Positions 18,578-28,538 are shown, numbered from the stretch's first letter. The stretch is DNA of 64,000 bases from Candidatus Doudnabacteria bacterium (GCA_023245895.1 JAHFJJ010000003.1:11343-75342); one strand, 5' to 3'. Translations and numbers: made by a program. Notes: generated from the letters alone by a model not told the origin.

Positions 18578-20026
18578 CTACGGTATGAACTTAAAATTGT
18601 CGTACTGCCAAATGTCAGAGGTGGGCTGGTTGGCGGGGTTTTCTTTAAAGTAGGCTTTGCGGTTTTTTACGGGAGTCCAGTCGGAGGGTTTGGAAACAAA
18701 GTCGCCAAGATAGGGTTTGGATAAATCAAGCACAAAATCGTGCGGCAAATCGTCGGGCAATTTTAACCCTTCATTCGGGTGGTCAAACATCCAAAGCACG
18801 GCCGACAAAACCCCAAGAGCCACTTGTAAGGTTGTAGCGTTTTGTCCCGGAGCCAGCCTTCTGGCTTCTTCTATGGTAAGGATGCTGCCGGTCCACCAGG
18901 AGTTGTAAGGGTGGCCCATTAACAGGGCGCCTAATTTGTCCGCGCCGGAAGTAATTTCGTCCTGCATAATCCTGATTTTCGGCTGGAGTTCGTAGTTGCG
19001 GCCGCGGAGTTCATACAAAGAAGCCAGGGTTTCGTGGCAGGTCATGTAAGCGTAGTGTACGGTGGGGCGATAAACGGCCTTGTCCCCTTCCCAAACAGTC
19101 AGGCGGTCGGAAAGCCCAAAAGCTTCGCCGTGGCGGATGACCATGCCGACAATTTCTTCATCCGGCACCCAAGACCTGACCAAAGTGTTAATGCCCATTT
19201 GCGCCAAAAAGATTTGGTTCTTAGGACCAATGGGCGGGACGTGAGCAAGCTCGGGCAGTTTTCCTTCATGGGTGCCCCAGCCCATTTCCGCAGGGGCCGT
19301 GCCTTCTTCACGCAAGCCTTCTATGCTCCAGGTGCCTACGAATTCATCCACTTCTTTGGGTTTGTTGGTGACTTGGGTGTCGCGTTCGCTGCAGTGAATA
19401 GTTTTAACGCCTAATTTTTGCGCAAGTTTGTTAAATTGAAGGTCTTTTAGGTATTGTTGGATAAGTTCTTTATCTGCTCCGGCGGCTTTTCCATCGCTAA
19501 TCATTTGATTGGCAATGTCTACCAAGCCTTGTTTAACAAAGTGGGAAATAAGCCCGGGGTTTGCCCCATGGTCAACGACTACGCTGGTAGCATTCTTCCA
19601 ATCTTTGGTCATTTCCCTAAGTTTCATTTGCCTAAAGTAGAGGGATTTTTCGTAGGGACTGTCTTTAAACAGGCCGCCTACGGAATCCCAAACTTCAACC
19701 GAGGTGTTAACATAAAAGACTTCATTGTCGTGGCACCAGCTAATTATTTCGCAAGCATCAATATTCCAGGCCAAGTCTATTAAAAGCCCGCCTTTGCCTA
19801 CATGTTTGCCCAAAATAGTGCGCAGGTTCTCCTGGGTGACCCTGTCCTGTACGAATTTTAAGCCTTTGTCCGTAAAGGGTTTTAAACTTTGGGCTTTGTC
19901 TTCAAAGTCCATTATGGTGACATTTTCGTAAGGCACGTCAATTTTATCAAAAAGGATGGGCAAAGTGCACTGGGACACTGAGCCGTAACCTAGAATCAAA
20001 ATCTTTCCGCTGAAAGGTTTTTTCAT
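18578..20026 (-). CDS. hss: Homospermidine synthase
   Basis: GYGSV, GANPGLISHF, IHCSERDTQ, TWSIEG, PAEMGWG, NATTLQV. Confidence 0.93.
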   Translation of the reverse strand: MKKPFSGKILILGYGSVSQCTLPILFDKIDVPYENVTIMDFEDKAQSLKPFTDKGLKFVQDRVTQENLRTILGKHVGKGGLLIDLAWNIDACEIISWCHDNEVFYVNTSVEVWDSVGGLFKDSPYEKSLYFRQMKLREMTKDWKNATSVVVDHGANPGLISHFVKQGLVDIANQMISDGKAAGADKELIQQYLKDLQFNKLAQKLGVKTIHCSERDTQVTNKPKEVDEFVGTWSIEGLREEGTAPAEMGWGTHEGKLPELAHVPPIGPKNQIFLAQMGINTLVRSWVPDEEIVGMVIRHGEAFGLSDRLTVWEGDKAVYRPTVHYAYMTCHETLASLYELRGRNYELQPKIRIMQDEITSGADKLGALLMGHPYNSWWTGSILTIEEARRLAPGQNATTLQVALGVLSAVLWMFDHPNEGLKLPDDLPHDFVLDLSKPYLGDFVSKPSDWTPVKNRKAYFKENPANQPTSDIWQYDNFKFIP

Positions 20027-20470
20027 ATATGTGAGTTAGTTGATTATTGTCAGCTACCCGCCTTCTCCGCCTGAGGCGGATTCGGCGGGTTGTTCTCTAT
20101 TATAAATAAATTAAAGTGAACAAAAAAACAAATCCTTAAAGAATTTGTTAACGTTGAACTAAGCCATTGAGTTGACTTTGTAAGTTTTGGTTGTAGGGCT
20201 GTGAGTTTGCTATTCTTTCCAACTCCTTAAAAAATTAATAATACACATAATTTACAGTAAAGTTTTTAATTTGTCAACCCGGTAGAATCACATTGCAATT
20301 TATTGTAGAGAGTTTTTAAAATATTGGCAAGTTTTAACTTATATTTTGTAGTTTTGTTTGAAATGTAGCTCTACCGGGTCAAATATTTATTCTGCAGAAG
20401 TTGTAATTTTGTCTTTTGGCCGGGGTAGATGCCATGGCTTTGGGTATTTTGCCGTCTGGCGGAGCAGTAG

Positions 20471-20854
20471 TTATGACTTTAAAACTATTAACATGGCGAA
20501 TTTTTCTTTATGGAAGGTGTCAAAGCCCGCGCTTTGGAAAAGGGCTTTTGAGCCGGTAACAGTACAAACTTCGGCGATTTTTAGTTTTTTTGCCCTAGCT
20601 ACACAGGCGTCAATCAGTTTTTTGCCTATGCCTTGGCCCCTGTGGCCGGGATGTACCGCCAGACTGCGGACTTCGCACATCCTTTTTGAGTAAACTTGCA
20701 GGGCGCAGCAGCCAACAACCTCTCCATTTTTTTCCGCAACCACAAAAGACCTGTAGCTGGGCAGGTATTTTTGCATAAGCTTGTCCGGGAACATTTTAAT
20801 AAGCCCTAAGATTGCCGGCCGGTCTTGTTTTTTAGCGTTGCGAATTTTGTTCAT
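20471..20854 (-). CDS. GNAT acetyltransferase (ArgA-like)
   Basis: GCCALQVY, EVRSLAV, RGQGIG. Confidence 0.85.
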   Translation of the reverse strand: MNKIRNAKKQDRPAILGLIKMFPDKLMQKYLPSYRSFVVAEKNGEVVGCCALQVYSKRMCEVRSLAVHPGHRGQGIGKKLIDACVARAKKLKIAEVCTVTGSKALFQSAGFDTFHKEKFAMLIVLKS

Positions 20855-20897
20855 TTTTTAGCTTTAATATTTAATCTGGCCAGGTTTTGGCGGAAAC

Positions 20898-22214
20898 TTA
20901 ATCCAGCCCGCGCATGGTCTTGCAGGTTTTGGTATATAGGTCGCGGAAAATATTGTTTGGGTCGGTTTGGGATTTTACTGTATTGTAATTCTGCTTGTTC
21001 CAAATTTTCCAGAATTCTTCCTCTGAATAAAAATTATTGGAAATCAGGGTCTTTATGCCCCCCAGGCGCATCAGCTCCTCTTCCATAAGCCTGTAGTAGT
21101 TAGTGCCTTTTTTTCTCGGCATGCCGTAAATGGCTATATCTATAAACAGTTCATCGCCGGGATTTTTATCAAATAATTCTTTAGATATCCATTCGTAGCG
21201 CCGGACAATTTTATAGGGCACCCACCACAGCGGGAAGAAACTCATTTCTTTTTGGTACCATTCGAAAAAGGCGGTGATTTTGGAAAAAGGGATAAACAAA
21301 TCAATGGTAACGGGTATCCTTTCCGGATTGATGAACCTGCGCAACTTAACCACCAAATTAAGCACATTGGTTGTCCCCATTATTTTGCCAAAAAATAACC
21401 TGCCCAAAAAAGATTTGGGAAAAACGTTGGTTACTCCCTGCTCGTAGCGGAAAAAATAGTCGGAGGTTTTTATATAATCTTCTTTGCGTTCTTTTGTACT
21501 AATGTAAAAAATCCTAAGCCAGTCGTATTTGTGGCTGTACGGAGCAGTATCTGCAAAATTCCCGATGCACAGCACCCATTCTTTGGGCGAATGGATAATG
21601 CCGTCCATAAAGTCCACATCGCGCGCTTTATAATGCCGCCACGTCGCCTCTTTGTAATCTTCCAAGCTGGTATATTTTTCGTAAGTCATTTTTACGAACG
21701 GCTTGGCCGGCACCAGCTTGAAGGTAAGTTTGGAAATAATGCCTAAGGTCCCAAAGGTGCCGTGCAGCATTTGGAAAATTAAGCTATTTTGGTTATCCGG
21801 CGCGCAAATAATGACATCGCCGACTGCGGTAATGACTTCGTATTCCAGGCAGGAATCGTGGAAGCCGCCGAATTTGTAGGACATTGACTCGAGCGTACCG
21901 CCGGCAACGCCGCCGCCAATAGTAATGGTCTTGAGCTCCGGCACGGTAAAAGGCGCTAAGCCGTGTTTGAGTGTGGCCTTTATTAGGTCTATAAAAGTAA
22001 CACCGGGTTCGGCAACGCAAATCCTTTTTTCAGGGTCAACTGAAATGATGTCGTTTAAGTCGCTTATATCTATCTTCTCGTCCAAATAGCGCCCGTCCTT
22101 GGGTTTTGGCACTTGGTGGGAAACGACTTTCTTTTTAAAAGATACCGGTTTTGTGCTTGTTCGATTTTTAAGTTCCGCGCAAATTCTATCTACTTTTTGT
22201 TCGTGGGATTGCAT
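20898..22214 (-). CDS. FAD-binding oxidoreductase (VAO/DHCR24-like)
   Basis: AEPGVT, VPELKTITIGG, ESMSYKFG, GTFGTLG, DLYTK. Confidence 0.85.
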   Translation of the reverse strand: MQSHEQKVDRICAELKNRTSTKPVSFKKKVVSHQVPKPKDGRYLDEKIDISDLNDIISVDPEKRICVAEPGVTFIDLIKATLKHGLAPFTVPELKTITIGGGVAGGTLESMSYKFGGFHDSCLEYEVITAVGDVIICAPDNQNSLIFQMLHGTFGTLGIISKLTFKLVPAKPFVKMTYEKYTSLEDYKEATWRHYKARDVDFMDGIIHSPKEWVLCIGNFADTAPYSHKYDWLRIFYISTKERKEDYIKTSDYFFRYEQGVTNVFPKSFLGRLFFGKIMGTTNVLNLVVKLRRFINPERIPVTIDLFIPFSKITAFFEWYQKEMSFFPLWWVPYKIVRRYEWISKELFDKNPGDELFIDIAIYGMPRKKGTNYYRLMEEELMRLGGIKTLISNNFYSEEEFWKIWNKQNYNTVKSQTDPNNIFRDLYTKTCKTMRGLD

Positions 22215-22231
22215 TATTAAATTTTCTATTC

Positions 22232-22318
22232 TGGTGCCCGAGGAGGGAGTCGAACCCTCAATCCCTTACGGGCGACTGATCTTAAGTCAGTAGCGTATGC
22301 CAGTTCCGCCACTCGGGC
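22232..22318 (-). tRNA. tRNA-Leu (UAA)
   Basis: Cloverleaf with long variable arm, CCA. Confidence 0.93.
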
Positions 22319-22389
22319 TAATTGAAATTATTCTTTTTAGTTTGCCCTTCGGCTTCGCTCAGGGCATAAAACTTGCTTCGCAAGTTCTA

Positions 22390-22464
22390 TGGAGGCGCAG
22401 ATGGGAATTGAACCCATGCATAGTCGTTTTGCAGACGACCGCGTTACCACTTCGCCACTGCGCC
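22390..22464 (-). tRNA. tRNA-Cys (GCA)
   Basis: Cloverleaf, CCA. Confidence 0.93.
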
Positions 22465-22563
22465 TTATAGATCTTTAACTAATACATTTTAATCAAAAAC
22501 CTTGAATAATTCAATAGCCAAACTAAAACCCCCTCCCGGGAAACGGGAGAGGGTTTTTAAAAT

Positions 22564-23244
22564 TTAATTTATATTTTCAGGGAAGGTGGCCAGAGCGGTT
22601 ATGGTCTGGGCCAGTTCCTGCCTGTCAATTTCAGCCTGGCTGGTAATGGCTATTAGGTCGTTGTATTTCTTAGTGGCGCCGTTTATCCAGTTAGCGCTGC
22701 CCGGCTGTACGTACACGCCGTTCATTTTTTTGAAGGTGGTGTACTTTTCTTTGTAGATGGGTTTTTCAAGCAATTCAGTCAGGTCAATAAACCAGTCCAG
22801 CTTGGTTTGGTACTTTCTCCAGGTAGGTGTGCCCGGGGCTCCGCCCATCCCGCTGCAGTTGTTGTTGAAACAGTATTTGCCCATGTGGCTTTCAACGTAG
22901 CTAATGGCCAACGCTCTCTGCCACTGCGGCAGTTTGACCATTTCAGCCGCGTATTCTCCCAAAGGAGAATCGTTGTCTTTGAGGTATTGCTTTAAAGCAA
23001 TTACCAGAGGGTCATTTTGGGCGACAGTTTCAATTGTTAATAAATTTTGTTTTGGAGACTGGCTCAGAAGACCAGAGTCAGTTATTTTGATTTCAAAAAT
23101 TTGGTTCTGTTTTCCTACAGTCTGTAGTTCGGCGGCAAAGGCTAATCTGGGAAAAATTACCGGGATTAGCATGACCAGGGCGATTATACCGATTTTAGAT
23201 GAGCTCTGGTCAATGGCAGACTTAAGGCTAAAAAGAGCTTTCAT
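22564..23244 (-). CDS. Secreted protein, possible lysozyme-like/glucosaminidase-like domain
   Basis: N-terminal TM/signal; SPL, AISYVESHMGK, NNCSG. Confidence 0.55.
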   Translation of the reverse strand: MKALFSLKSAIDQSSSKIGIIALVMLIPVIFPRLAFAAELQTVGKQNQIFEIKITDSGLLSQSPKQNLLTIETVAQNDPLVIALKQYLKDNDSPLGEYAAEMVKLPQWQRALAISYVESHMGKYCFNNNCSGMGGAPGTPTWRKYQTKLDWFIDLTELLEKPIYKEKYTTFKKMNGVYVQPGSANWINGATKKYNDLIAITSQAEIDRQELAQTITALATFPENIN

Positions 23245-23633
23245 TTATGTAAATCAAACTCCTTTCTACGGGCCAATCGTCCTCACTTCATTCGTCTGTC
23301 CGCCTAAGGCGGACGGGACTCATTACGTTTCGGACGTTGTCCCTTTCCCCAAATTTTCCAAAAGTAATGCTTGTAAGAAAATTTGGGGGCCCCATTTTTT
23401 AGGGGCTTTAAATGTTAAGGTAAATAAAAAAGTGCCGATAAGCACTTTCTTAACTATCATTATACTCCTTTTTGACCTCTTTTTCAAGGGCTTTTTGCCC
23501 TTTTATGGCTTATTTATAAGGTAAAACATTATTTTAGCCTAAGCCTAGGCCGTTTTGGGCAATTAAAAACCCCTTATTTATAAGGGGTTTTTAATTCAAT
23601 TTCATTTACCAACCAGTTTAATCCTTTGACAGA

Positions 23634-24974
23634 CTAGTTGGTTAGGGGTGCAGGCTGTGGGGCTGTTGAGGCCGGGTCCATACCTGATTCCGTCATAATA
23701 TGCGGCCCGGAAGAGTAGCCTCCGGTGTTTCTGCCCAGACAAAAGGCCAGGTCGTATTGGTCTGTATTTAAAAGGCTGTAAGTGTAGGTATTTTCGGCCG
23801 TCGTGCAGGTGCCGTCAGCGGGCTCGGGCGCTGTGGGAAGCTGTTCTATATATTTGGGGGTAAGGCCGGATAAGTTTTCCGGATAAGCATTGTTGTCGTT
23901 GAAATAAAGTTCAAGCACGGAGCTAACTTGCCTGACATCTGCCAACCTTTGGGCATCGCGCGATGTTGACCGCGCGGAGTTAAGCGCCAGCAAGACCACG
24001 GACGCGATTAGTCCGCCAATAACAATTATGCCGCCAATTCCGCCCCAAATTGCCCAGCCCGTAATAGCCCCAATATACTTTCCGCCATCAGCGGCGGGTG
24101 CGGAATTTTTAACCTGCTTATAGAGCGTGTAAGAGTATGACAGCTGGAAGTAAGCGTAGAAGAATTGCCAGATGAATAAAACAATCCTTAAAAATATATT
24201 CACTCCCCAATTGCGGTTAAAAGCAAGCACGGCCTGCAGGACCATTGCCGGCACTATGTAAATTAAGTTTAGCAAAACTATCCTGCCGAAAACTTTCCAC
24301 CAGCGGCCGGCTACATAGGCTTTGCTTTGGGCAAGGGCGGCGCGGCCTTTTTTGCCTTCCGCAACCATTATCATTGGCGCAAAACAGTACCAGACCATAA
24401 AAATTATGCCCGGGATTATCAACAGCACAAACCCGCCTAGTGCTACAAGTTGAGTCAAAAGCCCAACCACAAGGAAACTGCCTATTAGCGGCCGCGCGCG
24501 TTTTAAGTTTTCTTTTATCCCGGTATTTTCATCGGCGTCCCTTAAGGCGGTAAAATAAGCAGTGGCTACCCAGAATATAGCGTAAAAAATAGCCACAACC
24601 CCAAGTACTGCAAAAATCAACAGCAGTATATTGGAAGCAATAGAACTGAATTTATGGACAATAAACCAGACAGTACCGGCAACAATAGAAAATGCCACCA
24701 GGCCTAAAATAGGCAAGAGGCCGGAGACAACCATAACTAAGATTCTTTTCTTCATCAATTCAAAGCTGTCTGAAAAAAGTCTGCCAATTTTGGGAAGCTC
24801 GGTACTCACCGGGCCGCTTACTGGCATAGGCACTCCTGATGCCGCGTGGGCAAAGCCTTCTTCCACGTCGGCCTGATGCCAGCCCTGGGCCAGCAAAGTG
24901 GAAGTTATCTGCTCTTTGCTGTGGCCCATCTGCTGTTGGTGCTTTATATAATCTATTAACTGTTGCGAGACCAT
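23634..24974 (-). CDS. Polytopic membrane protein fused to a C-terminal pilin/GspG-like domain
   Basis: Multiple TMs, then VVLLALNSARSTSRDAQRLADVRQVSSVLELYFNDNNAYP. Confidence 0.75.
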   Translation of the reverse strand: MVSQQLIDYIKHQQQMGHSKEQITSTLLAQGWHQADVEEGFAHAASGVPMPVSGPVSTELPKIGRLFSDSFELMKKRILVMVVSGLLPILGLVAFSIVAGTVWFIVHKFSSIASNILLLIFAVLGVVAIFYAIFWVATAYFTALRDADENTGIKENLKRARPLIGSFLVVGLLTQLVALGGFVLLIIPGIIFMVWYCFAPMIMVAEGKKGRAALAQSKAYVAGRWWKVFGRIVLLNLIYIVPAMVLQAVLAFNRNWGVNIFLRIVLFIWQFFYAYFQLSYSYTLYKQVKNSAPAADGGKYIGAITGWAIWGGIGGIIVIGGLIASVVLLALNSARSTSRDAQRLADVRQVSSVLELYFNDNNAYPENLSGLTPKYIEQLPTAPEPADGTCTTAENTYTYSLLNTDQYDLAFCLGRNTGGYSSGPHIMTESGMDPASTAPQPAPLTN

Positions 24975-25225
24975 AAATTTTTGTTTCCTTGGGCTTTTAC
25001 CCAATTTAGATAATCGTACTCTTATAGTTTAGCGGGATTTTTTAAAAAAGCAAACCCTAGCCTTATTTCAAACAAAAAACACCTGCGATTAAGAGATGTT
25101 TTTTGTGGAGCGGCTAACCCCAGTAGAAGCCCTCGGATGCACTCGTGCTTTACGGGGCGCAGGGGGAAAAGTTCCCTTACCTTAATCAAGCAAAAAGCCT
25201 CCACTTCATGTGGAGGCTTTTTGCT

Positions 25226-25299
25226 TGGAGCGGCTAAGGGGAATTGAACCCCTGTCCATACCTTGGCAAGGTATTGTACTACCGTTGTACGATAGCCGC
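25226..25299 (-). tRNA. tRNA-Gly (GCC)
   Basis: Cloverleaf, CCA. Confidence 0.93.
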
Positions 25300-25429
25300 G
25301 CGTCGCAACTTGCTCCGGGCTTTCGGAATCAGCTAAGGCTAATTCCTCAGACCCTCCGCAGTTTCTCCTTTTCCCAAAAATCCCTTTGAGATTGCGTGGT
25401 TGGATTTTTGGGAACCCTGTAAGAAATTT

Positions 25430-25505
25430 TGGTGCCGGACCCCAGAGTCGAACTGGGCACGCCTGCCTCTTCAGGGCAGCGCTCTAACCGCTGAGCTAGC
25501 CCGGC
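25430..25505 (-). tRNA. tRNA-Phe (GAA)
   Basis: Cloverleaf, CCA. Confidence 0.92.
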
Positions 25506-26215
25506 ACAACTTTTGTTAATCTGAAGCTTCTTAGCTCAGGAAGACGAAGTTTTATTCTAGAACCAAAATCAATAGCGTTTTTGATTTTATCATGTTTTCT
25601 TTTTAAATACAATACTTCGTCTTTATAATACATAGCCTTAAAAAGGCTTACGCTATCCCCTTTTACATACTGCAATCCATATACTCCTGCGCCTCCGTGA
25701 TTTCTCAAAAGTCCTTTCACACCATAGAGTGTGGTTAGTCTTTTTTGCAACCATGCCAGAAAGTCTTTACTCGCAGAATAAAAGAAAATCTTGTAGCCAA
25801 AGCTGTTTGGCCAGCGTTTGTCCCAAAAAATATGGAAAGAGCCGTTTCCGTCAAATAAACCCCTTAAAAAGTCGGCAAAGTATTCATTTGGAACTAATAC
25901 TTGCTTAATAGTTTTGGACTTGGCGGATGTTAATCCTAAGGAGTTTAAAAATTTGTAGAAGTTTTTGTCCCCAAAGTCAATACGGAAATATTTTTTCTCT
26001 GTTTCCCCGCCCCTGGCGTACCTTCCGATTTTGTTGTTTAAAGAAAGAGCTTGTTTAAAGTTATTGACCATCTCTTCTTCTTTGGAACAAAAATTTATAT
26101 GTCTGCCGTCAGAATGTAAACTGCCATCGGAAGCAATTAAGCCAATTGCATAAGCAAGATTACATGACCATCCAGTTTTTACTTTATGTTTTAACTGGCC
26201 TCCGCGAGTTTGCAT
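25496..26215 (-). CDS. Free-standing double-motif LAGLIDADG endonuclease-like protein
   Basis: AYAIGLIASDGS and FLRGLFDGNGS motifs. Confidence 0.88.
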   Translation of the reverse strand: MQTRGGQLKHKVKTGWSCNLAYAIGLIASDGSLHSDGRHINFCSKEEEMVNNFKQALSLNNKIGRYARGGETEKKYFRIDFGDKNFYKFLNSLGLTSAKSKTIKQVLVPNEYFADFLRGLFDGNGSFHIFWDKRWPNSFGYKIFFYSASKDFLAWLQKRLTTLYGVKGLLRNHGGAGVYGLQYVKGDSVSLFKAMYYKDEVLYLKRKHDKIKNAIDFGSRIKLRLPELRSFRLTKVVPG

Positions 26216-26234
26216 AAATTTTTATTTTACACCG

Positions 26235-26309
26235 TGGTGGGCAATGTAGGGATTGAACCTACGGCCTACCCGGTGTAAACGGGTCGCTCTACCACTGAGC
26301 TAATTGCCC
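26235..26309 (-). tRNA. tRNA-Val (UAC)
   Basis: Cloverleaf, CCA. Confidence 0.93.
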
Positions 26310-26453
26310 ATCATCAAATAACTTGCCAAGATAATATATCAAAATAATGCCTTTTTGGCAAGCCCGGTAATACAACTTTTAATATTTTTTAGCTGTATTA
26401 AAAATAAAAAATTTCGAACCTTTTCTGTAAGTAAAATTTAGTAATCAAAAAAA

Positions 26454-26768
26454 TTAAAAGTTGATATACCGGGCAAGAGTTTCGGAGAGCGTAAGAAACG
26501 CATTTATATCATCTTCCGGAGAAGACTTGCATCTTGCCTCGGCACCGCAATTTTGACATTGGTGGAGTATGTGGTAAATTCCTTTTTCCAAATCCAAACC
26601 CACGGGTTCCATTAAGCCGCCGCACGCCTCGGCGCGGTCGCCGGGATAGACATCCACATGTTTGCTCCACAGGCACTTGGGACAATGGTTGGTATAGCCG
26701 TTGCCTTTAACTTTTTTGCCGCAGTGGCCGCAGGTGAAATCTTCAATTGTCCTTATAAATTTTTTCAT
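26454..26768 (-). CDS. RNHCP domain Zn-binding protein
   Basis: FTCGHCG, TNHCPKCLWSKHVD, PGDRA, CGGLM. Confidence 0.9.
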   Translation of the reverse strand: MKKFIRTIEDFTCGHCGKKVKGNGYTNHCPKCLWSKHVDVYPGDRAEACGGLMEPVGLDLEKGIYHILHQCQNCGAEARCKSSPEDDINAFLTLSETLARYINF

Positions 26769-26954
26769 AACTTTACGAATACTAACGGGTACGAACGTAC
26801 GAATTCGTAAGTTCGTAAAGATTCGTACTTCGTAAAATCTATATTAGCACAATCTCTAGAATTTTGTTATTATAGAGGCAGAATTGGTTGGGCGGATTGG
26901 ATTCTCAAATCTTGTCAATTTTGCTCAATCATGGTCAATCTTGTCAATAATTCT

Positions 26955-27839
26955 ATGCCCCAAGCCATCCATTTGGTTTCCCCTAACTTTGCCGATATTT
27001 TTGAACCGAATGTTGAAATTGGCAAGTTCCCCGACGGCGACAGTCATGTTAGGATTCCGCTAATTAACGAATGCAAAGGCCAGGAAGTTATTGTTTTCCA
27101 TAGGCTTTACCCCAAGCAGAACACCTCCCTGGTGAGTCTGCTTTTAATTTTGGATTCTTTAAGGGACATTGGCGCGCAAAAAATTACCGTGGTCGCGCCT
27201 TACCTCCCCTACTCCAGGCAGGACAAGAAAAAGTTAAACGGCGAAGTCGCCAGTGCTTTCGTGGTTTGTAATTTGCTGGCGAGGGCCGGCTGCGACAAGC
27301 TGGTAGTTTTTGACTGTCATTTTTTAAAAAAAGAAGGACCGGCCAAGTTTGGCGAACTGCAAATAGAAAATATTTCCATGGGCAGGGAACTGGCCGCCTA
27401 TGCCATGAAGGAAAGTTTTGGCGGAGAGGCTTGTGAAGTAATTTCCCCGGACATGGGCGCCAACTATTTGGTTACGGACCACGGCGGCAAGTCTTACAGC
27501 AAAGTCCGCAAAGAATACGAAGGCGGCAAAATCCATTACCGCGACGTGGGGGAAATGAGCGGCGACTTTGACGTTTCGGGCAAGAACGTTTTAATTTTAG
27601 ACGACATGATAAGCACGGGCGGTACCATGATCCGCGCGCTGGAAAAGCTAACTGAAGCCGGCGCCAAAAAAATTTGCTGCGCGGCCACCCACGGCTTGTT
27701 TTTATACAATTGCATAGACAAAATTAGGAAGCTTACCGACTGCGTCTATTCCACGGACACAATACAAAACCCCCACAGCGCTGTTTCCATTGCGGAAAAG
27801 CTGGTTGCAATTACCGAGCAGAACCTTAAGTTATTTTAA
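26955..27839 (+). CDS. prs: Ribose-phosphate pyrophosphokinase
   Basis: FPDGD, PYLPYSRQDK, SPDMGA, LDDMISTGGT. Confidence 0.92.
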   Translation: MPQAIHLVSPNFADIFEPNVEIGKFPDGDSHVRIPLINECKGQEVIVFHRLYPKQNTSLVSLLLILDSLRDIGAQKITVVAPYLPYSRQDKKKLNGEVASAFVVCNLLARAGCDKLVVFDCHFLKKEGPAKFGELQIENISMGRELAAYAMKESFGGEACEVISPDMGANYLVTDHGGKSYSKVRKEYEGGKIHYRDVGEMSGDFDVSGKNVLILDDMISTGGTMIRALEKLTEAGAKKICCAATHGLFLYNCIDKIRKLTDCVYSTDTIQNPHSAVSIAEKLVAITEQNLKLF

Positions 27840-27840
27840 T

Positions 27841-28488
27841 ATGGCGGATTATCAAAGGGAAGTCGCGAAAAGTTTGCTGAAAATCGGCGCGGTTGGGTTT
27901 AAGCCCAAAGAGCCGGTTACTTTTAAATCCGGTATTGTTTCCCCAGTCTATGTAGATAACAGAAGATTTCCTTTTCATCCGGAAGAATGGCGGATAGTAA
28001 TTGAGGGGTTTAAGGCATTAATTGAGCGCGATAATATCTCGGCTGATATTATAGCGGGCGTGGAAGCGGCAGGTATACCCCACAGCGCGGCTTTGGGGTT
28101 TTTTATGCAAAAACCCTCGGTCTTTGTACGCAAAGAAGTTAAAGGTTACGGACTAAACAAAAGGGTTGAAGGCGGAGATATTTCAGGCAAAAAAGTTTTA
28201 TTAATAGAAGACTTGGTTTCCACAGGCTCCAGCAGCTTATCTGTGGTTGAAGCAATGAGAAATGAAGGCGGAGTCGTTGAAGATTTGATAATAATAGTAA
28301 CCTACGGCTTTAAGGAATCGGCGGAAGCTTTTGAAAAAGCTAAAATAAACTTGCATACCCTTACATCTTTCCCGATAATTTTAGACGAAGCATTGGCCAT
28401 GAATAAATTAACAGGTGATGAAAAAGCATCGGTGGAAGATTGGCTACAGGAGCCTCACGGTTGGGCGGCCAGGAATAATTTTAAATAA
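27841..28488 (+). CDS. pyrE: Orotate phosphoribosyltransferase
   Basis: KSGIVSPVYVDNR, VRKEVKGYG, IEDLVSTG. Confidence 0.94.
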   Translation: MADYQREVAKSLLKIGAVGFKPKEPVTFKSGIVSPVYVDNRRFPFHPEEWRIVIEGFKALIERDNISADIIAGVEAAGIPHSAALGFFMQKPSVFVRKEVKGYGLNKRVEGGDISGKKVLLIEDLVSTGSSSLSVVEAMRNEGGVVEDLIIIVTYGFKESAEAFEKAKINLHTLTSFPIILDEALAMNKLTGDEKASVEDWLQEPHGWAARNNFK

Positions 28489-28493
28489 AATGT

Positions 28494-28527
28494 ACCTCAC
28501 TATTTCACGGCCGTGAAATAGTGAGGT
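28494..28527. repeat. Perfect 34-bp palindrome with CGGCCG centre
   Basis: ACCTCACTATTTCACGGCCGTGAAATAGTGAGGT. Confidence 0.85.
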
Positions 28528-28538
28528 TGTTGAATGGT

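Noticed and set aside
23245..23460. c-di-AMP or other riboswitch upstream of the secreted hydrolase-like gene
   Set aside because: Structured, but lacks ydaO consensus motifs and part of the structure is a nested family-A repeat.
25496..26215. Group I intron in a tRNA carrying the LAGLIDADG ORF
   Set aside because: Both flanking tRNAs are complete and uninterrupted; no room for intron core helices.
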